Shown piece after piece: positions 10,901 through 22,900 of a stretch of 64,000 bases of DNA. The notes beneath the pieces are model-generated. The model made no database searches and had not been told where the DNA came from. It saw only the letters and a list, made by a program, of their open reading frames with translations. The first letter of the stretch is position 1. Each line of letters starts with the position of its first letter. Origin of the DNA: Scyliorhinus canicula (taxonomy: Eukaryota); the NCBI RefSeq assembly GCF_902713615.1, contig NC_052148.1, forward strand, positions 106,199,098-106,263,097. The letters are read 5' to 3'. The translations under genes and the position numbers were made by a program.

Positions 10901-13900
10901 GAGGCTGTTGTGGCAGTTAACAATGTTGCTCGAAACGAGCATAGAATGCATTGAGTCATTGGAGGGGTGCTCTGTTGCCAGAGATTCTACTCTGCTTTGT
11001 TTTATAGCCCGTAAGCCTGGCCACAACCGACGAGAGTCCGTGTCGTTAGTCTGTGCCTCTAGCTTAGTCTGGTATTGTCCCTTGGCACCCCTGATGTCTT
11101 TGCGGAAGTCATCCCTAGATTTCTTCTATCGGTCAGGGTCACCTGTCTTGAACGCCTCAGACCTGGTCTTCTGTAGAGAGTGGATCTCCCATGGTTTCTG
11201 GTTGGGCAACGCATGCACTACTTTCTTTGGTACGCAATCTTCAACACACTTGCTGATGAAGTCTGTGACGGTGGTGGCATACAAGTTGGCCGCTGAGTTC
11301 TTGAATATGGACCAGTCCACTGACTCCAAGCAATCACGTAGGAGCTCTTCTGTTGCCTCGCACTAGCATTGTGCACCCTTCTTAACCGGATTCTCTCACT
11401 TAAGTTTCTGCTTATATGCCGGGAGAAGGAGCACTGTCCTGTGGTCTGATTTTCCGAAGTGCGGTTGAGGGATGGAACGGTAGACACCCTTGACGGTCAG
11501 GATATTGTCCCTGACTGCGCCAGAGCTCTGGGCTCGAGTACCATCTCAGGACTTGATGGGCAAGGAAAGCGTGTTCACAATGTGGCCAAACAGGTTGAAA
11601 ATCCTTCCAACCTGAAAATCCTTCCAACACATCACAGTAGCAGGCGGAAGAGCAGGAGAGACGCCTGGCCGGCCACGTGATGGAAAGAAAGTTAGAGCCT
11701 TTATCTTCACGATCCATAGCTCCAGGCTGCAACATGCTTGTGAGATCTGCATGTTGCTGAGGCAGCTTTGACTTCCTGAGTGAACTGTAACACACCACAT
11801 TAATATAGAAATGACTATTTAAATCTGATATTAGTGTCACAAAGGGTGACTTGCTTTGTACCATGAATACTACGTCATACGTGTTCAATGTGATAAGGTA
11901 ACATATTGCAACATCCTCTCGCTGATAAGATTGAGGAAAGTGCCACAAATTACAATTAACATTTCAATTGTGCATGTCAGTTGTTCTTTTTTTAGAAATT
12001 CATTAATAAAAATCATTCATAGGATGTGGATGTCGCTGGATAAGTCAGCATTTATTGCTCATCGCTATAATTGCCTTTGAGATGCAGCACAATCTGCAAT
12101 AATCCTATTGAGTTACCCACTCTTGAATATGAAAAAACAGCAGGGGTTCGGGGAGAAATTAGGGGAGTAACCAGAAACGTAACTGGACCAGCCATGTAAT
12201 ATTGTGGTATTCTGCAGTGAGTTATCCACCTCGTGACTCCCCAGAGCCTTTTCACCATCTGTAAGGCACAAGTTCAGGAATGTGATGTGTGACTTGATTG
12301 AATGAGTGCGGCTTCAGCTTGAGGACATGATTGGCACCTCACTGACCAAAATACATGTTTGCTCCCTCTGTCACCAATGCACAATGGCAGCAATGTTACC
12401 ATATTGCAAGATGTACTGCAGAAACCAAGGCTTTTTTGACAACACTTTCGAAACTCACGATCTCTATTACCTTGAAGGATAAGAGCAGCAGAGACATGGG
12501 ATCACCACCACTCCAAATTCTTCTCCAAGTCACATACACATCCTTATTTGGAATCATGTTACCGCTTCTTCACGGTCTCTGGATCAAAAGCGTTTTTGTA
12601 AAAGTATGAAAGCATTTCCCAACAGTACTGTGGGTATATTTACACCACATAGAATTCAGTACTTAGAGACAACAATTCACCACCACCTTCTCAATATCCG
12701 AGAGAAATGTAAGCTATTACCTTTTGGTATCTTCACTAAGAGGGTAACCTGCCAAAGTAAATACATTGTCAGCTCAATTTATTTCCTAATTGTACAGCAC
12801 AGCAATTAACTCATTTATGACAGTTCACTTTATGTAATTTAAAAGAACTGAAGACAAAGTGCAGTTTTGCTGACAGATGCCCCGTTGTGCCTGGCCTACC
12901 TCCTCCTAGTCCCGGAGAATAGTGGGAGACTAAACAGGATTCGCACTGAGCGCCGAATGGAGCGTGGTGGAGCGGAGATAGAGTCCCTCGCTGGGCATGA
13001 ACCAAACTCACATACTTAAATAAGTCTTTAAACTGATTTAAATATGCGCAGCCCATTCGAAGCCGATATCTCCCGGCTTCCGGGACTTTCCGTCCCCACT
13101 GGCGCAGTGTGAGGCCGGCACACATCAGTATAGGTTTCCAGAAGTGTGAACCAGACGAGATGGCCACACCCGAGGGATTAGAGGCCATTGGAGCCCCTGG
13201 GTAGGCAGGGCAGGACAGTGCTCTGCCACTGCCCTCAGCACCCTAACACTGGCAGTGCCAGGGTGCAGTGCCAGGATGCCAACGGCACTGCAAAGGGGCA
13301 GGACCTGAGAGGGGTGATGGCCATGAAGGGGGGAAGAGGGGGTGGAATTGAGGGTGTGGGCCTGATGGGGACGTGTGGAATGGGGGATGTTGGAGACCCC
13401 ATGTTGGGGAATCACTCTCTTGGGTTGTTAGGTGGGGGGGGGGAAGAGAGAGAGAGAGGGGATGGCAGGGAGGGGGTCCGATGCCCCAATGCTAGTAAGG
13501 AAGGAGTCAGGTGGGGTGGGGTGGGTCCGGCCCACCCTCATGCCTACGTGGTGTTGGGGGCGGGGGTTACACGGACATTTAGTAGTGGAGAGGTGGCTGC
13601 CACTGCGGCATCGAGGGTTGGGTGTATTGCCCATGTCTGCAGGGTGCCGCGTTGCCTGTGAGTGGCTGTTTTGGAGGACCTTCAACTTAACTTTGAAGTT
13701 GGGCTGCCCTGATCTCTGGGAACCGGTCTCGTTGTGGTCTTTAGCTCCCACTCCAGAAATGATTTTGGGCTGAATTCTCTGTTTGGGAGACCTTTCTCCT
13801 GGAGGAGTAAAATGGCTTTTATCTGCTCTGGCATTAGGAGAGATACCCAGGAGTGATTCACTCCCTTACCATGCAGATTCCCCCACCCACATTATACATT

Positions 13901-16900
13901 TCTTCTGATTTTCATTGACGTCAATGGAAATGAAAGTCAACAGAGATGAGGAAGACAACTGAGCTCCGAGCAACTGTTTCACAAGTCAAAATGACTCCCG
14001 ACTTGATCCCCAGTTCTTTTGAGAAGTTAGGCGTGCTGGATTCGAATGGCTGCATAATTGAGAATCAGAGAATGATATAATCCCAATAATGCAGAAGGAG
14101 GCCATTTGGCACGACCCTTGGAATGAGCACTCTGCCCTATCCCCATAACCCCTGGGCACTAAGGGGCAGTTTAACATGACCAGTCCCACGTAACCTGCAC
14201 ATCTTTGGTCTGCGGGAGGAAATTGGAGCACCCGGAGGAAATCCACGCAGACGCGGTGAAAAAATGCAAACTCCACAAAGACTGTTCTCCAAGGCTGGAA
14301 TTGAACCCAGGTCCCTGGCACTGTGAGGCATCCGTGCTAACCACTGCGCCACTGTGAGCCTAATGATAACACAAGAAATCATAGGCAAAAAATGCTGGCC
14401 CTGCCAGCAACGCCCACACCCGATAGAGGAATAAAATGAAAAGTGGTGTTAAGAGGAAAGCTCTTTGAAAGAGCTGCTAAAGGCGCAGTTTGCTGAATAA
14501 TCTCCTTACACGCTGTATAATTCTAACTGCAGAATAGTATCATTTTACTTTTGATTGAAAGAATCAACAGATCATTGTTTCATATTAAATAAAAACAGGA
14601 ACAGCTGATTTTGATTTGAAATGAAATGGAAATCGCTTTTTGTCACAAGTAGGCTTCAAATGAAGTTACTGTGAAAAGCCCCTAGTTGCCACATTCCGGT
14701 GCCTGTTCGGGGAGGCTGGTATGGGAATTGAACCGTGCTGCTGGCCTGCCTTGGTCTGCTTTCAAAGCCAGCTATTTAGCCCTGTGCTAAACCACCCCCT
14801 TTAAGTACTGCTGCATGATATAGGTTTGCATAAATTGCCAGTCACTTGCAAATGCTTAATTCGCTTGCATATAACTCTCTCTGTTGGTGTATTGGAAGCT
14901 TGTCCTGTTTGTCTTAATAAATATTTTTTCAAAATGATGAAAAATTTGATATAATTTCCTTAAGATATTGTTCCGTAACACAACGGATATTTAGATATGT
15001 ATTCAATGCTCTCCATCTGTGTTATTTCACATCATTAAAGTTGATAAAAGCAAATGATCTTATTTGTGGAATTTGGAGATATGGACACTTGGGATCATTA
15101 ATATTATTGCAGCTTCTTGTCTGAGGTTGGCCTCCTCCCTTTTAGAGATACTTTATGAAAATGCAATAAAATAATGTCTTACTGTGTAGAAATAATTTCC
15201 TACTCTTTGCTTTGTAGTACAGGAAGTAAATGGCGTGCAAGGAGAAAATTGATAACTCCGACATTTCATTTCACAATTCTGATGGAATTTCTAGAGGTTA
15301 TGAATGAACAGGCCAATGTTTTACTGGAAAAGTGGGAGAAGGAAGTGGGAAAAGGACCTTTTAATTGCTTCAATGATATCACACTCTGTGCTTTGGACAT
15401 CATCTGTGGTGAGTTTGGACGAACTGTTAGAATGGGAAAAATGCATGGATGTATACGAGTTCACAGCTCAGAAAGGAGGATATTCAGCCTATTGTGTCTG
15501 ACCTGACTCTTCACTAGAGCAATTGAAAATGAATCCCCCTCCATCCATAGTGACATATCTTCCATTTCAAATGTTGGTTTGATTTTTATTATTTGAAACA
15601 CGCAGTGGTCCCTACCTCCAACATTCCTCAGGGGCAAGCAACAGCCTGCTGCATCAGAACATTTATTCTAAACTCTTGTTCCTCATTGCTTTCGTGATAA
15701 TTTAAAATCAATGCCTCCTGGTCACTGATGGATCAGCTTGAGGAAAATCTTTGCCTAGATACTATATCAAAGGCTTTTGGACTTTGAGGAAAAAAATCAT
15801 TTGGTCTCTACATTGGCTCCTCTGCGCAAGTAGAAATATTTGTCAAGTCTTCTCGTAACTATAAGTTCCCATCCCTGGCATCTTCCTGGTGAATCTATGG
15901 TTTAAATATTATTCTCTAATGGGTCATGCACAATTGTCTGCAGTTTGCTCACAGGCCTAATTGATGACTTTTGTAGTTTTACTCTATCACTCCATTTAAT
16001 GGCTTAACCACTTGCATTGACATATTTGGGAAATTATATACTTAAATCCCTGGTGTCTCTTCATGCACAGCCTTGCGTATTTTTCTGTTGAAAGTACTGT
16101 ATAGTCTACTCAAAGTCAATATCTCCTGTTTCTTTGCATTAAATTGTATCTTCCACGTGTCTGACCGTTCTGCGAACATGTCTTCCTGAAGTCTTTTACC
16201 TACCTTCTCAGTGTTAATCCAAACTGACCCAATGTTTTGGACTTGTTCTTGTACATCTTTCTGAATTGTCTGTAGACTGCCTTCTCTGTTACAACTTGAC
16301 GCATTGGTGACCTGCACTGCACATCAATAATTGTACTCTGAGTGGAAGACCTCAATTCAGGACTCATCAATGATTATACTCGGAGTGAAAGTTCTCAATT
16401 TGGGAAAATTCTACTCTGTTGAGGTGTGTTTTGGCAAAAGTGAACTGGAAACAGTGCGGAGAATAGCAGGGGTCGTAAATTTTTACGGCCACGCTAGTCC
16501 GACGCCCTCCTGCTATTCTCCCCCCCCCCCCCCCCCCCACGCCCGACTCCCGACACGAATCGCTGCCGCCGTTTTTTTACGGCGAGCAGCGATTCTCAGC
16601 TGGCCGATGGGCCGAATTCCAAGCCTTTTACGGCCGTTTTTACGAACGGCAAACACACTTGGTCTGGCCGTTCGTAAAAACGGCCGTAAAGACCCGATCT
16701 TGGCAACCATGGCACCGATTGGCACGGCAGTACCACGGCCGTGCCAAGGGTGCCATGGGCCCGCGATCGGTGGGCACCGATCGCGGGCAGCGGGTCCGAT
16801 TCCCGTGCACTCTTTGTCCTTCCGCCGCCCTGCTGTATCAATTCACGGGGCGGCTGAGGGGCATCCCGGCCCGCGCATGCGCGGGTTTCGCGCAAATGCG

Positions 16901-19900
16901 CGATGATGTCATCCGCGCATGTGCGGGTTGGAGTCTTTCAATCCGCGCATGCGCAGCTGACGTCATGCGACGCGTCAGCCGTCGCAAACTCTGGCAAGCG
17001 GGCTTAACGAAATTCGTTAAGCCCGCGATGCCGGAGTTCACGGCCGCGGCATACTAGCCCCACCGGGGACCAGAATCGGTTCCCGGTCGGGGAGGGGGAG
17101 GCTGGCGTCAAACCCGCCCGTTTTTGACGCCAGCCTTACGATTTCTCCCTGTTTGGGAGAATCGCGCCCAGTGTCTGGGCAGTGGGAAGCATTCAAGGAA
17201 GTGGCGATAGGGGTCAGAAAAAGGGTGGGACTCCCAAATCTTCGAGCCCCTGGATGTTCAGGTGCAACAAAGGAGATAAAATAAACCAAAGAAGAGAACC
17301 TCTTGTCAGAGGATAGATTGGAAAGGTTGGGACTGTTCCTAGAGAGAAGAAAGCCAAGAGGAGATTTGAGAGAGATGTTCAAAGCGATGAATGGGCTAGA
17401 CAGGATAGATCGTAGAAATTGTTCGTAAAAAGATCAAGAACGAGAGGGCTCAGATCTAAAATGATTTGAAAATGTGATGTGAGAAAATATTTTCACACGA
17501 GTGGTTTGGGAGGCAGGTTCAATTGAGGCATCGAAGAGGGTATTCGATGATTGTTTCTGTTGAAATAATGTGCAGGGGTACGGGGAAAGGCAGGGGAATG
17601 GCACAAAGCCAGATGCTCCTTTGGGGAACCAGTGCAGACACGATGGGCTGAATGCCGTCCTACTGCACTGTGACAATCTGTGATTCTGACATATTGAGAG
17701 ACAAATACTGCAAAAAGCTTGGAGAAGTATAGAAAGTGTAAAGATGAAATTAAAAATGAAAAGACAGACATGAGAGGCAAAATATTGGCAAATAAAATCG
17801 AGATGTTCTATAAATAAATTACCAGCAAAAGGTTAACGAAAGAAAGAATAGTGTCAATTAGAGATGAAAATATGGAGGGAGTGTAGGCATCACACAAGAG
17901 GGTTACAATGTAGATATTGTAGTTAAGGAGAATTATCAGATTGGATAAACATAGCAAGAGCGGAGAGGAGTTGAGTATCTCTGAAAGTGGATAAATTGCG
18001 CCTGAAGAAATGTATCCCAGGCTATTAAGAAAAGCAAAAGTGGAAAACGGTCCATCATTTTCAATCTTCTCTTTTTGCAGGTTTAGGAATGGAGGACTGA
18101 GGACAGCTAACATTCTAACCTTGTTTAAAATTGTGGGAAGGGATAGACCAAGTAATTACAGGTTCATCAACCTAATCTCAGTACTTAGTAAACTGTTGAA
18201 ATCTTTTCTGACCGGACCCAAGGGAAAGTTGGAAGCTGGGTTCAGAATTGCCTTAGCGGTAGGGAGCATAGCATAATTGTAGACGGATGTATTTGTGACT
18301 GGAAGGCTGCTTCCAGTGGGGTTCCCACAGGGCATAGTATTAGATCCCTTGCTTTTTGTGATATATATTAATGATTAAACCTAAATGTAGGCGACGCATG
18401 ATGAAGAAGTTTGCAGATGAGAGGAATATTGACATTATGGTTGATAGTGAGGAACAAAGCTGTGGACTACAGGAAGGTGTCAATGGATCGGTCAGGTAGA
18501 CAGATAAGTGACAAATTGATCAGTCTGGAGAAGTGTGAGCTAATTTGGGTACAGAAAAGGTGACAGGGGATTCACAATAAATGGCAGAATACTGAAGTGT
18601 TGAAGTAACAGGACAGGCAGATGATGTGATTAAGAAAGCAAAAAGAAAATGCTGGGAAATCTCAGCAGGTCTGGCAGCATCTGTAGGGAGAGAAAAGAGC
18701 TAATGTTTTGAGTCCAGATGATCCTTTGTCAAAGCTTAAGACCGAGAAAGTGGGAAATGTTTATACTGTGGAGTGAGAATGAAAAATGAGTCATAGCCAC
18801 AGAAACCCAGGGAAACGGGGTGCTAATAACCACAGAAAGCAAGGGGAAAGAGTGCTAATGGCAGTCCCCAGAGAGAACAAAAGGTGTGTGTAGTGATCTG
18901 CATATCAGTGCATGTATACAAGGGGTCAATGTAAATGCAATACAACTAAGCAATTACTAGAGAGAGCATGGGAGATGTATAAATACAGACGGACAGGAAG
19001 TCAGAGACTCTTCACAAGAACGGCAGCTGGTGAGCAGGACACAGACAGGCAGCCCAGATGTAACATATTATAAGCGCTGGAGAGAGAATGAACTCATGCA
19101 AATAAAGCATTTACTTCGACTGTAAGACTATGAGCTTTATTCAGATACAAGGAATAATACAGTGTGAAAGACCAAACTGCAGAGAAACTAACATCAGAGG
19201 GTAAACTGTGACAGATGTAGATGTGGGGGAAGGGGGGAGCAAAGGGGAGAAAGGGTAACGAAACGTGGATAAGGTGGGGGGGATGGGTGAATATATACAA
19301 AGAAAGATGAGAGAAAGAAATGGTCAAACAGAGTTAAAATGAAATGGGATGAAAACAAATGGGTCGAGGTGGGGTAGAGCTAATCATGTGAAGTTGTTGA
19401 ATTCGATGTTGAGACCGGAAGGCTGTAGCGTGCCTAACTGGAAGATGAAATGTTGTTCCTCCAGTTTGCGTTGAGCTTCATTGGAACGTTGTAGCAGGCC
19501 GAGGACGGGCATGGGAGCAGGGTCTTGTGTTAAAATGGCAAGCAATGGGAAGGTCAGGATCCTGAATACACACAGACCGAAGGTGCTCAGCAAAGCGATC
19601 ACCCAGTCTGCGTTTTAGCCGGAAGCCAGAGGATTGGGAAACCTTTAAAAGCGAGCAGAGGACAACTAAAAAACAAATAAGTGAGAGAAGATGAAATATG
19701 AGTGCAAGCTAGCGAGTAATATAAAAGAAGATAGGAAGAGTTTTTTTCAATATATAAAAGGTAAGAGAGAGGCAATAATAGACATTGGAAAACGTGACTG
19801 GAGAAGTAATAATAGGAAACAAAGAAATGGCAGACGAACTGAATAGTTACTCTGCATCAGTCTTCAAGGTGGAAGACACCAGTGGGATGCCAGAACTCCA

Positions 19901-22900
19901 GGAGAATCAGGGGGCAGAGGTGAGTGCAGTTGTGAATTGCGCTTTCACGTATCTGATCGTCAGTCCAGAAGTAAAACACTCGAACACGTCAGTAACGAAT
20001 ATTTGTTTATTTACGGCCGGGACAAATCTCTAAGCAGTCGGGTAACTACCTTCGAGAAGTGCCAAAATCCCAGAATAAGGACTGTATTTTTATACATTTT
20101 ACAGCTTAGGGGTGGTCCCCTTAAATTCCTAGATACACCTATGATTTGGCAAGGATCCAGAACATGTACATATATGGAATTATTCTTCGAGGTCGGGAGG
20201 TTATTTTTGACATAATCATTAGCACAAGTCACTATTAATATTATACAAAGGTTTTTGTATCCCATGGCCATCTGGCTTATCTCATTCCAAAGCCCATTCC
20301 TCTTACATCTCAATGTTTATTTGTTTCAACTGGTCAAACGAGCTTAATTATGCTATCTCTGCAATAAAGTAATGCTTCCCATTCATTCCATTCTTTGACT
20401 TTTTGACCTCTCTGCTTTCACAGATGCGGGTCAGAACATTAAATAGTACCAAAGCCACACTCCCCTCTTTCCATCCCATAACCTTCTGACATCTCTGCTT
20501 TCACAGATGCCGGTCAGAACATTAAATAGTACCAAAGCCACACTCCCCTCTTTCCATCCCATAACCTTCTGACATCTCTGCTTTCACAGATGCCGGTCAG
20601 AACACGCTCCCTTTATTTCATCCCTTGACCTGTTGACATCTCTTTCACAGAGCTTTTCAGAACTGTTATATTAACCCTATCAGCGAAGTTCCAAATGAAA
20701 TCCACTTCTACATTCCCCCCTTTGATCATTCCTTGATCACATAACACTCAGGATACTTTAGATGGAAATGAGAGCGAGGCGGAGGTACTCCTCCTCTACT
20801 AGGCTCCGGCAGGATGCCACTTCCTCATATAGGTCAGGGGTAGGTGGACCCAGTTTTTCTTTTTCGTCTAGGGCGGATCTCTGAAGCATCTGTGGTAATG
20901 CAGTGGCACCCAAACGGTTGCATAGGCATTTCACACCTGTAGCTATGATACAGAGCAACAAACAGATGGTAACGAAGATAATGAGCCCATGGAATAGGTA
21001 AGTGGCCCAAGAATTGGACCACATCCAGCTCCACCAGTCAGCCTGACCGGCGAGTCGCAAGCGCTGTACTCCATCTCTGATATGGGTTACCAGACGCGTG
21101 ATATTCTCTGAACTGTCTGGAATATAACCCATTCAGCCGTCTGTTCAATCGAGAAAGGAACAGATATCAAGGGAATGCCTCCATGGGCATGGGTCGGGAC
21201 CTGTGTACATACTCAGCAAGAGGAGACACCCACTTTCTTAGCATAGACATAGGACATAAACAGAAATGAATTTGCCGTTACATGGTGCGTTGCCCGCTTC
21301 CTTCTGGAAGGCGAGTAGGGGTGAGTAGTCCTTGATGGTAAAATTTGTACCCTGTCCTTATCAATGCACCGGTGGTTCCACCTGCATGTGTGGCGATCGT
21401 ACATTAGAACCATGTACGTAATCAGGAATCGGCGCTTCTGGTCGTTGGGAGGAACGGTGGTCGGGCAGTTTCTGATAGCGGTGGTGATCCATCGGAGATC
21501 TGTCGTTGTTCCACATCGTGGGGTTCCTTCCCGGCACATGGGTGGGTGTCGGCTTCCGTACAGGCATCTCCTTCTTTCGGATGTAGCGAGAGAGAGCAGG
21601 GTGGCGAGTATTGTGACGGCGAAGAGGGGCCTCATCCTGGTACTCGTGTTCCTAGGACTTAAAGGAAAAGTTTAGAACATCATGGATACTTAATTAACTT
21701 ACAATGGTGCATATGTACCCATGCGTTTCGTCCCTCCACTTTTACTGCAGTGGGGGTAGTGAGTAGAACCTGTAGGGGACCATCCCATCGAGGTTCCAAA
21801 CCTTTACGTGTCCAATTTCGAATTAGGACATAATCCCCAGGGTTGATGGAGACGTCATGAGTAATGGATGGGACTTCTTCCTGGGTGGCACGAACTCGGG
21901 AGTGTAATCCTTTCAAAATTCTAGTTAGTGTTAATATATAATTAGCCATCTCGGTAGTCATGTAATGGAATTGAACATTCCGTGGAACACTGCTGTCCCA
22001 AGGCGTTCGAAAGGGTCTGCCATATAGTATTTCCGCTGGGCTTAGGCGAATTTTTCCTGCAGGGGTGGCACGTAGCTGGAAGAGTGCTAAAGGCAGGAGT
22101 TTGAGCCAAGTGGCCCCAGTGTCTGCTTGTAGTTTAGCGAGTTTAGTCTTTAGAGTCTGATTAGCCCTTTCCACCACTCCAGCGGCTTGTGGTCTGTAGG
22201 CACAATGAAACTGTTGCTTTATTCCTAGCAGAGCACAGAATTCCTTATTGATTTGACCTATGAAGTGGGGACCATTGTCAGAGCTCAGCCGGGCTGGAAT
22301 TCCAAATCGCGGAACAATTTCTCGCATTAACACCTTAACTACTGTCGAGGCCTTGTTATCCGTAGTCGGGTAGGCCTCGATCCATTTGCTAAAAGTGTCC
22401 ACAATGACTAACACATATTTATAGCATTGACATCTTTCCAACTCAATGTAATCCATTTGTAGGGTCTCAAATGGACCCTCAGGTAAGGGGGTTGTGCCAG
22501 GATCACAGGGGACGGCCGTACCGGGGTTGTGCTGTTGACAGATTAGGCACCGACTGCTAATTTGTTGGGCCATTTCCTGCAGTCGTGGGTGCCACCAGCT
22601 TTTTAACAATATGTCCCCTGTGGCACGAGCTCCACAGTGAGTTGCAAAGTGTACACATTCGGTCACCCAGGCTGCTAATGCATCGGTCATACATGTTTGT
22701 CCTACCGGGGTGACCCACAGCTTATTTTCGATATCATATATACATCCTAAGTTTTTCCACATATTTACAGCAGTTGCAGGAGCGTCCTCCTGCATTTGGA
22801 TTATGTCAGCAATGGTTGGCATAGGTTTTTCAGAGGGAGACTTTTCCGGGGGGGGGGTTTTAGTCTGCCTCATCATTCTAGGCACCATTAGTTTGCCAGA

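Larger units (their letters stand above)
8715..14062. repeat. Pair of ~170-bp inverted repeats (8715-8886 and 13891-14062) bracketing 5 kb; probable old DNA transposon ends
   Basis: The reverse complement of 13891-14062 aligns with 8715-8886 at roughly 80% identity by eye. Confidence 0.75.
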
